Positions 29,340-39,275 of a stretch of 64,000 bases of DNA are shown here, one piece after another; position 1 is the first letter of the stretch; every line of letters begins with the position of its first letter. Source of the stretch: Marmoricola sp. (GTDB taxonomy: Bacteria > Actinomycetota > Actinomycetes > Propionibacteriales > Nocardioidaceae); assembly GCA_046598855.1 (NCBI GenBank), contig JBKJHX010000068.1, forward strand, positions 2,558-66,557, written 5' to 3'. The notes beneath the pieces were generated by a model that was not told the origin of the DNA, did not search any database, and saw nothing but the letters and a program-made list of their open reading frames with translations. The position numbers and the translations under genes were made by a program.

Positions 29340-31556
29340 GTGAGTGCCAGCACGCCGAGGCCGCCCCGCCCCACCAACGGCCCGAACAGCACCCGTTCCG
29401 GTACGGGCGCCACGTCGCGTCGTGCGACCGGATCGAAGAACGGCGGCGGGACGAGCCGCAAGTCGACGCCGACCCGCAAGGAGACCCTGCGCAAGTACCT
29501 GCGCTACGCGCTGATCGCCGCGGTGGTCGGCACCGTGCTGATGGTGGCGATCTTCTACTTCGCCTATACCAAGACGACTATCCCGAACCCCAACACCGCC
29601 TTCCAGGCGCAGACGACCAACGTCTACTACGCCGACGGCAAGAGCAAGGTCGGCCAGTTCGCCACCCAGAACCGCGAATCGATCAAGCTCGCCGAGATTC
29701 CCGAGACGATGCAGGACGCCGTCGTCGCGGCCGAGGACCGCAGCTTCTGGACCAACAAGGGCATCGACCCGAAGGGCATCCTGCGCGCTGCCTTCTCCAA
29801 CGCCAAGGGCAACTCGACCCAGGGTGCCTCGACGATCACCCAGCAGTACGTGAAGATCCTGTACCTGAGCCAGGAGCGCACCCTGAAGCGCAAGGTCAAG
29901 GAAGCCTTCCTGTCGCTGAAGATCCAGCAGCAGCAGTCGAAGTCCGAGATCCTCGAGGGCTACCTCAACACCATCTACTTCGGTCGCGGCGCCTACGGCG
30001 TCCAGGCCGCGGCGAGCGCCTACTACGGGATCCCGGCCAAGAAGCTCAACGCCGCTCAGTCGGCGATGCTCGCCGCGATCCTGAACTCGCCGAGCTACCT
30101 GAGCCCGGATGGTGAGGACGACGCCAAGGCCGCGTTGCTGAGCCGGTACAACTACGTAGTCGGCGGAATGGTGGAAGTCGGCGCCATCACCGACTCCCAG
30201 GGCACCGAGATCGCTGGCACCCTCCCGAAGGTCAAGAAGGCCCGCGCCGGCAACACCTACGGCGGTCAGAAGGGCTTCATGCTCGACATGGTCAAGGCCG
30301 AGCTGCTCAAGCTCGGCTTCGACGACGCCGAGATCCAGGGTGGCGGCCTGAAGGTCACCGCCACCTTCACCCAGAAGGCGATGGACGCGGCGAAGACAGC
30401 GGTCGACCAGGAACGTCCCGAGGGCCTCGGCGAGAAGAACCTGCACGCGGCCACCGCCTCGGTCGACGTCAAGACCGGTGCCCTGCTCGGCTTCTACAGC
30501 GGCCAGGACTACCTGAAGAGCCAGATCAACTGGGCGTCGGCAGGTGGATCGCCCGGATCGACGTTCAAGGCGTTCGGCCTGGTCGCCGGGCTCAAGGCCG
30601 GCTTCTCCCTGAAGGACACCTTCGACGGCAACTCCCCCTTGGAGGTCGGCGACACCGAGTTCAACAATCAGGGTGAGGGTCGTGGACGCAGCTACGGGCG
30701 GATCAGCCTGCTGACCGCCACCGAGCGCTCGGTCAACACTGCCTTCATCGACATGACGCAGTCGATTCCGAACGGCCCGCGCAAGATCGTCGACACCGCG
30801 GTGGACCTCGGCATCCCGGAGAAGGCTCCCGGTCTCGAGCCCAACACCGGCGTCGCCCTCGGCTCGGCGACGATCAGCCCGATGGCGATGGCGAGCGCTT
30901 ATGCGGCCATCGCCAACGGCGGGGTGCGCAACAAGCTGCACGTCGTCGCCAAGGTGACCCGGGCCGACGGCGAGGTTCTCTACGCCGCCCCCGACGAGGG
31001 TGACCGCGCGATCAGCAAGGACGTCGCCGCCGACGCCAGCTTCGCGATGCAGCAGGTCATCGCCGGCCCCAACGGCACCGGCAAGAACGCAGACATCGGC
31101 CGCCCGGTCGCCGGCAAGACCGGCACCGCGACCAACGACGACGGCGACGTGGTGTCGTCCTGGTTCGTCGGCTACACCCCGCAGGTGGCCACCGCGGTGA
31201 TGTACGTCCGTGGCAAGGGCGTCGGAGCGCTGAACGGGTACATGCCGTCCTTCTACGGCGGCGACTTCCCGGCGCGGACCTGGTCGGCGCTGATGGAGAG
31301 CCTGATGGACGGCGTCGAGGTCGAGAAGTTCCCGGCTCCGGCGAACCTAGACGGCGACGCTCCTGCTGAAGGCCACTCGCCGGTGCAGCCGCGACCGACC
31401 CAGGCCCCCGCGCCGACCCAGGCTCCGGCGCCGACTCGGGCTCCCGCGCCGACGCCGACCCAGGCGCCGACGCCGACGCCGACCCCGACTCCGGCGCCCA
31501 CCCCGACGCCCTCGGGACCGCCGGAGACCTGTCTCGTCCCCCCCTGCCCCCAGTGA
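29340..31556 (+). CDS. ponA: Class A penicillin-binding protein (transglycosylase-transpeptidase)
   Basis: AEDRSF, GASTITQQYVK, YLNTIYFG; STFK, SVN, KTG motifs; Pro/Thr tail. Confidence 0.93.
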   Translation: MSASTPRPPRPTNGPNSTRSGTGATSRRATGSKNGGGTSRKSTPTRKETLRKYLRYALIAAVVGTVLMVAIFYFAYTKTTIPNPNTAFQAQTTNVYYADGKSKVGQFATQNRESIKLAEIPETMQDAVVAAEDRSFWTNKGIDPKGILRAAFSNAKGNSTQGASTITQQYVKILYLSQERTLKRKVKEAFLSLKIQQQQSKSEILEGYLNTIYFGRGAYGVQAAASAYYGIPAKKLNAAQSAMLAAILNSPSYLSPDGEDDAKAALLSRYNYVVGGMVEVGAITDSQGTEIAGTLPKVKKARAGNTYGGQKGFMLDMVKAELLKLGFDDAEIQGGGLKVTATFTQKAMDAAKTAVDQERPEGLGEKNLHAATASVDVKTGALLGFYSGQDYLKSQINWASAGGSPGSTFKAFGLVAGLKAGFSLKDTFDGNSPLEVGDTEFNNQGEGRGRSYGRISLLTATERSVNTAFIDMTQSIPNGPRKIVDTAVDLGIPEKAPGLEPNTGVALGSATISPMAMASAYAAIANGGVRNKLHVVAKVTRADGEVLYAAPDEGDRAISKDVAADASFAMQQVIAGPNGTGKNADIGRPVAGKTGTATNDDGDVVSSWFVGYTPQVATAVMYVRGKGVGALNGYMPSFYGGDFPARTWSALMESLMDGVEVEKFPAPANLDGDAPAEGHSPVQPRPTQAPAPTQAPAPTRAPAPTPTQAPTPTPTPTPAPTPTPSGPPETCLVPPCPQ

Positions 31557-32998
31557 ACGAGCCGACTCGCGAGGACGGCGTCGCCGAGTCGTTCAGCGAG
31601 GTGGTCGGCGGACCGGTCGGTGACCACGCGCGCTCCGGGTCGTGGTGGACACCGGTCCGGGTGATCCTGGCGGCATTCACCGTGGTGTTCGCGGTCGGCC
31701 TGGTGCAGAAGTACCCGTGCGGGAAGACCGACTGGTCGAACGAGGACGTCCGCTACAGCCGGATGTGCTACTCCGACGTGCCGTACCTCTACACCGGCCG
31801 CGGATTCGCCGAGAACCGCTGGCCGTACGGCGAGAGCGACGGCCGGTACGGCCCGATGGAGTACCCGGTCGTTATCTCGTACTTCGCCTGGGCTGCCTCC
31901 GAGGTCACCTCCTGGATCCCCTCGGGCCCGTCCCAAGAGGTGCGCGCCAGCACCGACCCCGGGGCGCTGTGGGGCTTGCCGGGGATGGCCAAGGAGGTCA
32001 ACACCTACTTCCTGGTCACTGCGGTGCTGCTCTTCTGCTTCGGCCTCGGCTCGGTCTACTTCCTCGCCGGCGCCAGCCCAGGCCGGCCCTGGGACGCGAT
32101 GGGTCTGGCCCTCTCCCCGGTGCTGCTGGTCAGTGCCCTGGTCAACTGGGACGTCCTCGCGATCTTCTTCACCGCCGCAGCACTCTGGGCCTGGGCGCGG
32201 GACAGACCGGCGCTCGCCGGAGTGATGGTCGGTATCGGCGTCGCCACCAAGCTGTACCCGCTCTTCCTGCTGGGTGCGTTCCTGGTCGACGCCGTCCGCC
32301 GCCGTCGACCGGACCGGATCGCCTTGGCGGTGCTCACCGGCACCGCCGCCTGGGTCGTGGTCAACCTGCCGGCGCTCCTGGGGAACTCGGCGTCCTGGAA
32401 GCTCTTCTGGACCTTCAACTCCGACCGCGGTGCCGACCTCGGCTCCTTCTGGCTGGTGCTGGAGCAACGCGGCCTGAGCATCGGTGCGAACGGGATCAAC
32501 GTGATCTCGGGGGTGGGTTTCCTGCTCGCCTGCGCTGCCATCTTCGTGCTCGGGCTCGCTGCGAAGCATCGGCCGCAGGTCGCCCAGATCGCCTTTCTGG
32601 TCGTCGCGGCGTTCCTGATCCTGAACAAGGTCTACTCACCGCAGTACGTGCTGTGGCTGCTGCCGCTCGCGGTGCTGGCCCGACCGCGGTGGCGCGACCT
32701 GCTGATCTGGCAGGCCTGCGAGCTCGTCTACTTCGGTTCGGTCTGGCTCTACCTCGGCGGCTGGCTGGCACCGGCCGCGGGGGACGAGCCGTGGGCCTAC
32801 CACCTGGCGATCGTCATCCGGATCCTCGGCGAGCTGTACCTGGCGGTGCTGATCATCCGCGACATCTGGCAGGCAGAGCCTTCGCTCGACGACCTGGACA
32901 GGAACTCGCTATCCGACCTCGACCGCATCGAACATCGTGGTCGTGAACCGGACCCGGACGGCGACGGTCTCGCCGACCTCGGGCACCGCAGCACCTGA
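31553..32998 (+). CDS. GT87-family membrane glycosyltransferase (Rv0051-like)
   Basis: CYSDVPYLY, MEYPV, NWDVLA, ATKLYP, KVYSPQYVLWL. Confidence 0.88.
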   Translation: MNEPTREDGVAESFSEVVGGPVGDHARSGSWWTPVRVILAAFTVVFAVGLVQKYPCGKTDWSNEDVRYSRMCYSDVPYLYTGRGFAENRWPYGESDGRYGPMEYPVVISYFAWAASEVTSWIPSGPSQEVRASTDPGALWGLPGMAKEVNTYFLVTAVLLFCFGLGSVYFLAGASPGRPWDAMGLALSPVLLVSALVNWDVLAIFFTAAALWAWARDRPALAGVMVGIGVATKLYPLFLLGAFLVDAVRRRRPDRIALAVLTGTAAWVVVNLPALLGNSASWKLFWTFNSDRGADLGSFWLVLEQRGLSIGANGINVISGVGFLLACAAIFVLGLAAKHRPQVAQIAFLVVAAFLILNKVYSPQYVLWLLPLAVLARPRWRDLLIWQACELVYFGSVWLYLGGWLAPAAGDEPWAYHLAIVIRILGELYLAVLIIRDIWQAEPSLDDLDRNSLSDLDRIEHRGREPDPDGDGLADLGHRST

Positions 32999-33988
32999 GG
33001 GCAGGAACAGCATCGACGATTGCATGTGCGGTGGCTCGGCGAAGTAGCGGCTCTTGCCGTCGACGGTGAACGGCGACTTGACCAGGCCCACCGCGTCGAG
33101 CCCGCCGCGGGCGATCGTGCTCACCCGTGCTCGGGTGCTGGTCTCGCCGGTCGGTGACTCCAACCCGATCCCGTGCGCGGTGCCGCCGGAGACGATCAGG
33201 ATCGTGCCTGAACGCGGCAGCGTCCGGAGGCGGTAGCCGAACACCTCGCCACGGTCGACCTGGTGCGCGTCGAGGACGTGCGCCGTGACGCCCAGCGCGC
33301 TGCGGTCGCCGAGCCAGAGCTCGGTACCGACCCGCTGCCGGATCGTGACGTCGGGGTAGCGGCCGGCCAGCGTCGCGACGTCCGCAGTCGAGAGGTGCGA
33401 GACCCACAGCACCGGGGCACCGTGGGTTGCGTCGTGGACGCCGGCGGCGACGAGCTCGGTCAGCAGCTGCTCTGCCTCTCCCAGGCCACCCGAGGAGCCG
33501 CCACTTGCCGCGAGGGGCAGGTGCACCGAGACACCTTCGAGCAGCACCCCGCCGTGCGCCCCGACCAGGGCCACCGCCTCCCGCAGACCACGCGGGGTGA
33601 AGCCGTGCCGCTTCATCGAGGTGATCAGCTCCAGCACGATCCGCGGTCGCCCGGGCTGCTGGAGGAGTTCGGTGAGGTCGGCGAGCCGGCCGACGGTGTG
33701 GATGATCCGGTCCGGGTCAGCGGCCTCGAGACCTGCGGTCTCGAACCCCCGCCACGGCGTCAGCACCACGATGTCGCCGTCGAAGCGGGAGGCGACCTCG
33801 GCGATCTCGCGGGGATGCCCGACGGCGACGGTGTCGACACCGAGCCAGGCGGCCTTGCGGGCCAGCCGGCCGAGGCCGAATCCGTACCCGTTGCCCTTGA
33901 TCACCGGCACGATCCCGACCCGGGACCCGGCAGTCGCCCGGAGGTGCGCGCGCCAGCGGTCGCCGTCGACGTGCAGCACCAGGCTCAC
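32909..33988 (-). CDS. Alanine racemase-like PLP-binding protein
   Basis: VPVIKGNGYGFG PLP-Lys motif, TSMKRHG; overlaps the GT87 3' end by 90 bp. Confidence 0.8.
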   Translation of the reverse strand: MSLVLHVDGDRWRAHLRATAGSRVGIVPVIKGNGYGFGLGRLARKAAWLGVDTVAVGHPREIAEVASRFDGDIVVLTPWRGFETAGLEAADPDRIIHTVGRLADLTELLQQPGRPRIVLELITSMKRHGFTPRGLREAVALVGAHGGVLLEGVSVHLPLAASGGSSGGLGEAEQLLTELVAAGVHDATHGAPVLWVSHLSTADVATLAGRYPDVTIRQRVGTELWLGDRSALGVTAHVLDAHQVDRGEVFGYRLRTLPRSGTILIVSGGTAHGIGLESPTGETSTRARVSTIARGGLDAVGLVKSPFTVDGKSRYFAEPPHMQSSMLFLPSGAAVPEVGETVAVRVRFTTTMFDAVEVG

Positions 33989-33992
33989 CGGT

Positions 33993-35150
33993 TCACCCCC
34001 GCCGCTTCAGGTAGACCTGGAACGCAGCGTAGATCGCGCGGTTCACCGGGAGGTCCCACTCGCCGGCGTACTCGACGGCCTCGCCGCCGGTGCCGACCTT
34101 GAACTGGATCAGGCCGAGTTGGGGATCATCGGCGGCCAGGGTGTCGGTAATCCCGCGCAGGTCATACACGTGGGCTCCGGCGGCGAGAGTGTCGCGGATC
34201 ATCTGCCACTGGATCGCGTTCGACCCACGGACGTCGCGCTTCTCGGTCGAGGAGGCCCCGTAGGCGTACCAGGCGTGGTCGCCGACGCGGATCCAGATCG
34301 TGGCCGCGACCAGGTCGCTCTCGTGGGTGGCCAGGTAGAGCCGGATCTGCATCGTCGCGGAGCTGTTCTGCTCCTGGGTGCTCAGGGCGTCGTACATGGT
34401 GCGGAAGTAGGCGAGCCCGCGCGGGGTGAAGTGGTCGCGCTCCGCAGTGTGCGCGTACAGCGCGTGGAAGGCGGCGAGGTCCTGCTCGTTGCCGTCGGAG
34501 ACCCGGACCTCGACGCCGGCCTTTGCGGCTTTCTTGATGTTGCGTCGCCATTGCTGATTCATCGCAGAGAGCACGTGCTCTTCGGTCTTCGGTACGTCCC
34601 CGTCCACGAGCGGGATCCAGAAGTTGTACTGCGGTTGTCCGGCGGAGAAGCCAGCTCCGTCGCCCTGCTGCTGCCAGCCGAGCTCGCGCAGCTGGGAGAC
34701 GACGGCGGCGCCGGCCTGACTGCGCTCGGTCGGCGGGAGTGCTGTCAACGACAGGACGGCGTCGTCGGCGATGCCGTCCTTGATCTGGGCCGCACTCCAC
34801 CTCCGGGTGATGACGGGCGGACCGATCCGAATGCCGAAGGCACCCTGCTGCTTCAGGTGCGCGGTCATCGGGGTGAGCCAGGCCCCGAGGTCGTTGCCGG
34901 ACCAGTCGATGACCGGTCCCTCGGGCAGGTAGGCCAGGTAGCGCTTCACCTTGGGCAGCTGCCGGTAGAGGACCAGGGCGGCGCCGACGAGCTCGCCGTC
35001 ACGGGTCCAACCGATCGATTCGGCCTTCCACTCCTTCTTCACCTGCGCCCACGCCGGCGTCTGCAAGAAGCTCACCGAGCCATGGGTCCGGAGAAACACG
35101 AGATGCTCCGCCGCGGAGATGGTGCGGACGACGAGGGCAGCTGTGTTCAC
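33993..35150 (-). CDS. FemABX/VanK-family lipid II peptidyltransferase
   Basis: SFLQTPAWAQVK, AYLPEGPV, WRRNIKKA, YDLRGI, LIQFKVG, EYAGEWD. Confidence 0.92.
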   Translation of the reverse strand: MNTAALVVRTISAAEHLVFLRTHGSVSFLQTPAWAQVKKEWKAESIGWTRDGELVGAALVLYRQLPKVKRYLAYLPEGPVIDWSGNDLGAWLTPMTAHLKQQGAFGIRIGPPVITRRWSAAQIKDGIADDAVLSLTALPPTERSQAGAAVVSQLRELGWQQQGDGAGFSAGQPQYNFWIPLVDGDVPKTEEHVLSAMNQQWRRNIKKAAKAGVEVRVSDGNEQDLAAFHALYAHTAERDHFTPRGLAYFRTMYDALSTQEQNSSATMQIRLYLATHESDLVAATIWIRVGDHAWYAYGASSTEKRDVRGSNAIQWQMIRDTLAAGAHVYDLRGITDTLAADDPQLGLIQFKVGTGGEAVEYAGEWDLPVNRAIYAAFQVYLKRRG

Positions 35151-35216
35151 GCAGCCGAGACTATCCACGCGGCCACGCGGTCGCGCCGCACCCCTCGCTG
35201 GCGTCGCGGCCTGGCG

Positions 35217-36044
35217 CTACTGCTCCACTAGCTCGATCACGCGCGCCCAGGCGGCACTGCCGGGGTCTATCAGCGCGAAATGGTCGCCGGGGACAGTGAT
35301 CAGCGCCGCTGCCCCACCGGCCGCGAGGTTGGCGTCGACGTACGCGCGGCTCTGCGAGATCGGTACGTTGCGATCGTCGACGGCGTGTACGGCGGAGATC
35401 GAGCCGGCTGCCGGGACGAGCTGGATCGGGTCTGCCCAGGCGTACGTCTGCGCGGCCGCGGTGGGATCGGCGCCCATCAGGCCGACGACCGCTCCGCCCC
35501 CGAGGTTCTCCTCGGCCCCGGCGACGAGATCGAGGACGCCCGAGAGCGAGATCGTCGTCTCGGCGACGACCCGCGGAGCCCCGCCTGGGGTGCGCTCGTT
35601 GCGCGACGCCGCCCAAACGGCCAGGTGGCCGCCGGCGGAGTGACCGATCACGGTGACCGGGCCGTCGATCCCCAGTTGGTCGACGTAGTCGATGCCGTCG
35701 GCGACGTCCTCGAACGTCGCGGGATACGCGCCGCCGCTGCCCACGCGCCTGTACTCGAGATTCCAGGTGGCGTAGCCGCGCTCGCGGAGGTCCTCGGCGA
35801 GCGGGTCCATCAGGGCCGCGCCGAAGGAGTCGAGCCAGAAGCCGCCGTGGATCAGCACCACCAGGCCTTTCGGCGTGCTCTCGGGCTTACCGAGGACGCC
35901 GTACTGGTCGCGGTGGTCGCCGTAGGAGATCTTGCCGAGCCCGTCTGAGGTGGTGTCGGGCGCGCCGGTGTCGCCGCTGCTGCAGGCGGCGAGGACAAGT
36001 GCGGCCGCTGCGGCGAGTACCGTCCGCCGGGCCAGGCCGTTCAG
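35217..36044 (-). CDS. Alpha/beta hydrolase, predicted Tat-exported lipoprotein (probable CTG start)
   Basis: HGGFW, GHSAGG; frame is open upstream through ARRTVL...LAAC to a CTG overlapping the nfo stop. Confidence 0.75.
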   Translation of the reverse strand: MNGLARRTVLAAAAALVLAACSSGDTGAPDTTSDGLGKISYGDHRDQYGVLGKPESTPKGLVVLIHGGFWLDSFGAALMDPLAEDLRERGYATWNLEYRRVGSGGAYPATFEDVADGIDYVDQLGIDGPVTVIGHSAGGHLAVWAASRNERTPGGAPRVVAETTISLSGVLDLVAGAEENLGGGAVVGLMGADPTAAAQTYAWADPIQLVPAAGSISAVHAVDDRNVPISQSRAYVDANLAAGGAAALITVPGDHFALIDPGSAAWARVIELVEQ

Positions 36045-36841
36045 AGCCGGGCTCGCAGCCAGGCGAAGTCTTCGGTGTGCTCGGCGGCGCCACCCGGGGT
36101 CTCGCAGATCACCGGTGCCCCGGCATCCCGCACGACAGCCGCGAACTCGTCGGGGTCGAGCTGGCCGTTGCCGAAGTTGGCGTGCCGGTCGGCGCCGGAG
36201 TCGAAGGCATCACGACTGTCGTTGGCGTGGACCAGGTCGATCCGCCCGGTGATGGCGTGGACCTGCTCGACGGCGTCGGTCAGGCTGATCCCGCCTGCCC
36301 AGGCGTGGCAGGTATCCAGGCAGAAGCCGACGTTCTCGGCGCCGTCGGCTTCACCGATCGCCGTCCACACCGACCTGATCCGGTCGAGGTGCCGGGCCAT
36401 TGCGTTGCCACCGCCGGCGGTGTTCTCCAGCAGCAGCGGGATCTTCAAGTCGGTCGCCTCGATGGCCTTGCGCCAGTTGTCGAAGCCCTTGGCCGGGTCG
36501 TCGTCCTTGCCCACGTGACCGCCGTGCACGATCAGGCCCTTGGCGCCGATCTCGGCTGCTGCGTCCAGGTGCTGCTGGAGCAGCTTGCGGCTGGGAATCC
36601 GGATCCGGTTGTTGGTGGTGGCCACGTTGACGATGTACGGCGCGTGCACGTAGAGGTCGATGCCGGACGCCTCAGCATCGGCCTTCAGTCCGGCAGCACC
36701 GCCGGCGTAGGCGATCTCGGGACCCTTGTACCCCTGCGGGTCACCGAGGAAGAACTGCACGAGCGTGGTGTCGCGTGCCTTGGCCTCGGCGATCGGGTCG
36801 GTCTGGTCGACGTGGGCACCGATGGCGAGCTGCGTACTCAT
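36041..36841 (-). CDS. nfo: Endonuclease IV (AP endonuclease)
   Basis: VHAPYIVN, LLENTAG, CLDTCHAW, VHANDS, DRHAN, CETP. Confidence 0.95.
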   Translation of the reverse strand: MSTQLAIGAHVDQTDPIAEAKARDTTLVQFFLGDPQGYKGPEIAYAGGAAGLKADAEASGIDLYVHAPYIVNVATTNNRIRIPSRKLLQQHLDAAAEIGAKGLIVHGGHVGKDDDPAKGFDNWRKAIEATDLKIPLLLENTAGGGNAMARHLDRIRSVWTAIGEADGAENVGFCLDTCHAWAGGISLTDAVEQVHAITGRIDLVHANDSRDAFDSGADRHANFGNGQLDPDEFAAVVRDAGAPVICETPGGAAEHTEDFAWLRARL

Positions 36842-36874
36842 GAGCACACCTTAGAAGCGCACACCTACATCTCC

Positions 36875-37149
36875 TCACGTGCGCCGGTGGAAGGTGAAGC
36901 CTCGGGACCGCACCGCCCGAGCAGCCCACTGAGCCGTGCTCGTGAGCCCAGCACCGGTAGCAGCGTGGGTCCGGTCGGCCGAAGCGATCACCCCGAGCTT
37001 GATCGCTGCGAACTTGGACTCCGCCCGGGCGAGCGACTGCAGCAGCGCCTCCTGCCGGGGCCTACCGAGTCGGTCTGCGTCGAGGTCGTCGAGGCAGGCG
37101 TGCAGATCTGCTGCCGGATCGGCAGAGATCGGGAGCGCCAGGGGGGCAT
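36875..37149 (-). pseudogene. 5' remnant of a DUF222/HNH-type gene
   Basis: LQSLARAESKFAAIKLGVIASADR..GLTSTAQWAAR resembles DUF222 N-termini; the ATG after the RBS is out of frame at a C6 run; truncated. Confidence 0.6.
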
Positions 37150-37163
37150 GAATCCATCCTGAA

Positions 37164-37179
37164 TCGCACATATGTTCGA
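37164..37179. promoter_or_regulatory. LexA (SOS) box
   Basis: TCGCAC-ATAT-GTTCGA, one mismatch from the actinobacterial TCGAAC-N4-GTTCGA. Confidence 0.7.
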
Positions 37180-37408
37180 GTCAAACGTCGATCCACAGGC
37201 TGAAGCAGGTGCTCAGGGTGTCCTTCGCCTTCGCCGCAGCGCTTGCCTGCGTCGCCGGCAGGCGGACCCTTGCAGCAGCAGGCCGCCTCACAGGGACTGC
37301 ACGCCGGGGATTCTCCACAACCCGGGATTTCGACGATTGGCCTCGTGGGCTGCCGTCCGGTTAGTCTTGCGCGTCGCGCTCTCCCGATGAGAGCTCGGCA
37401 AACGCTAG

Positions 37409-37455
37409 CCCTCCTGCCACGGAGATGCCGTGGCCGCCAAGTCCGAAGGAGGTGG
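37409..37455 (+). ncRNA. rpsF leader (putative S6:S18-binding autoregulatory RNA)
   Basis: CCTCCT 37410-37415 can pair with the SD AGGAGG 37447-37452, enclosing hairpin GCCACGG/CCGTGGC and CCG motifs. Confidence 0.65.
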
Positions 37456-37463
37456 AGAACGCT

Positions 37464-37754
37464 ATGCGTAACTACGAACTCATGGTCATCCTCGACCCTG
37501 AACTCGAAGAGCGGACGGTTGCACCGTCGCTCGACACATACCTCAATGTCGTTCGCAACGACGGAGGCACCGTCGAGAACGTCGACGTCTGGGGACGCCG
37601 TCGTCTCGCCTACGAAATCAACAAGAACGCCGAAGGCATCTACGCCGTCGTGACACTCCAGGCCGAGCCGGCCACCGTCAAGGAGCTCGACCGCCAGCTC
37701 ACGCTGAACGAGTCGGTGCTGCGTACCAAGGTCCTGCGTCCCGACGCTCACTGA
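37464..37754 (+). CDS. rpsF: 30S ribosomal protein S6
   Basis: [22 protein letters not shown]. Confidence 0.98.
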   Translation: MRNYELMVILDPELEERTVAPSLDTYLNVVRNDGGTVENVDVWGRRRLAYEINKNAEGIYAVVTLQAEPATVKELDRQLTLNESVLRTKVLRPDAH

Positions 37755-37800
37755 GCCCGGGCCAGATCACCCAGTAGCACGAAACCCAAGGGAGAAACCC

Positions 37801-38409
37801 ATGGCAGGCGAGACCGTCATCACCGTTGTCGGCAACCTGGTCGACGACCCGGAGCTGCGCTTCACCCCCTCGGGTGCGGCTGTGGCGAACTTCCGGATCG
37901 CGTCCACCCCGCGCACTTTCGACAAGCAGACCAACGAGTGGAAGGACGGCGAAGCGCTGTTCCTCTCCTGCTCGGTCTGGCGTCAAGCCGCGGAGAACGT
38001 CGCCGAGTCGCTTCAGCGCGGGATGCGCGTCGTCGTACAGGGGCGCCTGAAGGCGCGCACGTACGAGACGCGTGAAGGCGAGAAGCGCACGGTCTTCGAG
38101 ATCGAGGTCGAGGAAGTCGGCCCGAGCCTGAAGTACGCCACCGCCAAGGTCACCCGCGCCAACCGCAGCAGTGCGGGTGGCGGGGGCGGTTTCTCCGGCG
38201 GGGACGACCCGTGGGCCACCCAGCCCGGTGGTCAGCCCGCGTCCGGTGGTCAGCCCGCGTCCGCTCCGGCTCCGGCCGGCGGCTCGTGGGGTGGCCAGCA
38301 GGGTGGCGGCGCTGCTCCGCAGGGCGGCCCCGGAGCCAACACCGGCGGTCAGCCGGCGGCTCAGGACCCGTGGGCAGTGCCCGGCGGTTCCGACGAGCCC
38401 CCGTTCTGA
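37801..38409 (+). CDS. ssb: Single-stranded DNA-binding protein
   Basis: [19 protein letters not shown], Gly-rich linker, DEPPF tail. Confidence 0.98.
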   Translation: MAGETVITVVGNLVDDPELRFTPSGAAVANFRIASTPRTFDKQTNEWKDGEALFLSCSVWRQAAENVAESLQRGMRVVVQGRLKARTYETREGEKRTVFEIEVEEVGPSLKYATAKVTRANRSSAGGGGGFSGGDDPWATQPGGQPASGGQPASAPAPAGGSWGGQQGGGAAPQGGPGANTGGQPAAQDPWAVPGGSDEPPF

Positions 38410-38483
38410 TCACCACCTGAACCACACATCCATCCGCCCACCATTCCGGCGCTGAGCCGGGCTCTACGAAAGGGAGCACCACA

Positions 38484-38720
38484 ATGGCAAAGGCAGTTAT
38501 CCGCAAGCCGAAGAAGAAGGTTTGCCAGTTCTGCAAGGAGAAGGCGTCCTTGATCGACTACAAGGACACCAACCTGCTCCGCAAGTTCATCTCCGACCGC
38601 GGCAAGATCCGCGCTCGTCGGGTGACCGGCAACTGCGTGCAGCACCAGCGCGACGTCGCCACGGCCGTCAAGAACGCCCGCGAGGTCGCACTGCTCCCGT
38701 ACACGTCGACGGCTCGCTGA
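38484..38720 (+). CDS. rpsR: 30S ribosomal protein S18 (Zn-ribbon C+ form)
   Basis: [26 protein letters not shown]. Confidence 0.98.
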   Translation: MAKAVIRKPKKKVCQFCKEKASLIDYKDTNLLRKFISDRGKIRARRVTGNCVQHQRDVATAVKNAREVALLPYTSTAR

Positions 38721-38738
38721 GAAAGGGGAGTTGAAGAG

Positions 38739-39182
38739 ATGAAGCTCATCCTGACGCAGGAAGTATCCGGACTCGGCGCCCCTGGCGACGTGGTCGAGGT
38801 CAAGGACGGCTACGGCCGCAACTACCTGATCCCGCGGGGTCTCGGCCTCCGCTGGACCAAGGGCGGCGAGAAGACCATCGAGTCGATCAAGAAGGCGCGC
38901 GACTCGCGTGCTGTCCGTGACGCTGACCACGCAGCCGAGGTACGGGCCAAGCTCGAGGGCTCGACCTTCCAGGTCAAGGTCCGCGCGGGTGAAGGTGGCC
39001 GGCTCTTCGGGGCTGTCACCACGGCCGACATCGCCTCGGCGATCGTCGAAGCCGGTGGCGAGGTCGACAAGCGCACGATCGTGGTAGCGAACCCGATCAA
39101 GTCGCTCGGCACGCACACGGTCACCGTGAAGGTGCACGACGAGGTCGAGGCGAAGGTCAACCTCAACGTCGTCTCCGCCTGA
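38739..39182 (+). CDS. rplI: 50S ribosomal protein L9
   Basis: [28 protein letters not shown]. Confidence 0.98.
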   Translation: MKLILTQEVSGLGAPGDVVEVKDGYGRNYLIPRGLGLRWTKGGEKTIESIKKARDSRAVRDADHAAEVRAKLEGSTFQVKVRAGEGGRLFGAVTTADIASAIVEAGGEVDKRTIVVANPIKSLGTHTVTVKVHDEVEAKVNLNVVSA

Positions 39183-39193
39183 GACAACCACGC

Positions 39194-39275
39194 CGACCCG
39201 GCGTGAAAGTGCAGATCACTTGCACTTTCACGCCGGGTCGTTGCGTTTGACCTGCATTTTCAAGCCTGGTCAGCG
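39194..39275. repeat. REP-like repeat cluster forming a 20-bp perfect hairpin (probable bidirectional terminator)
   Basis: CGACCCGGCGTGAAAGTGCA-N7-TGCACTTTCACGCCGGGTCG plus a further degenerate unit at 39249-39275. Confidence 0.8.

Noticed and set aside
31395-31515. Pro/Thr/Ala repeats at the ponA 3' end
   Set aside because: Ordinary low-complexity tail of actinobacterial class A PBPs
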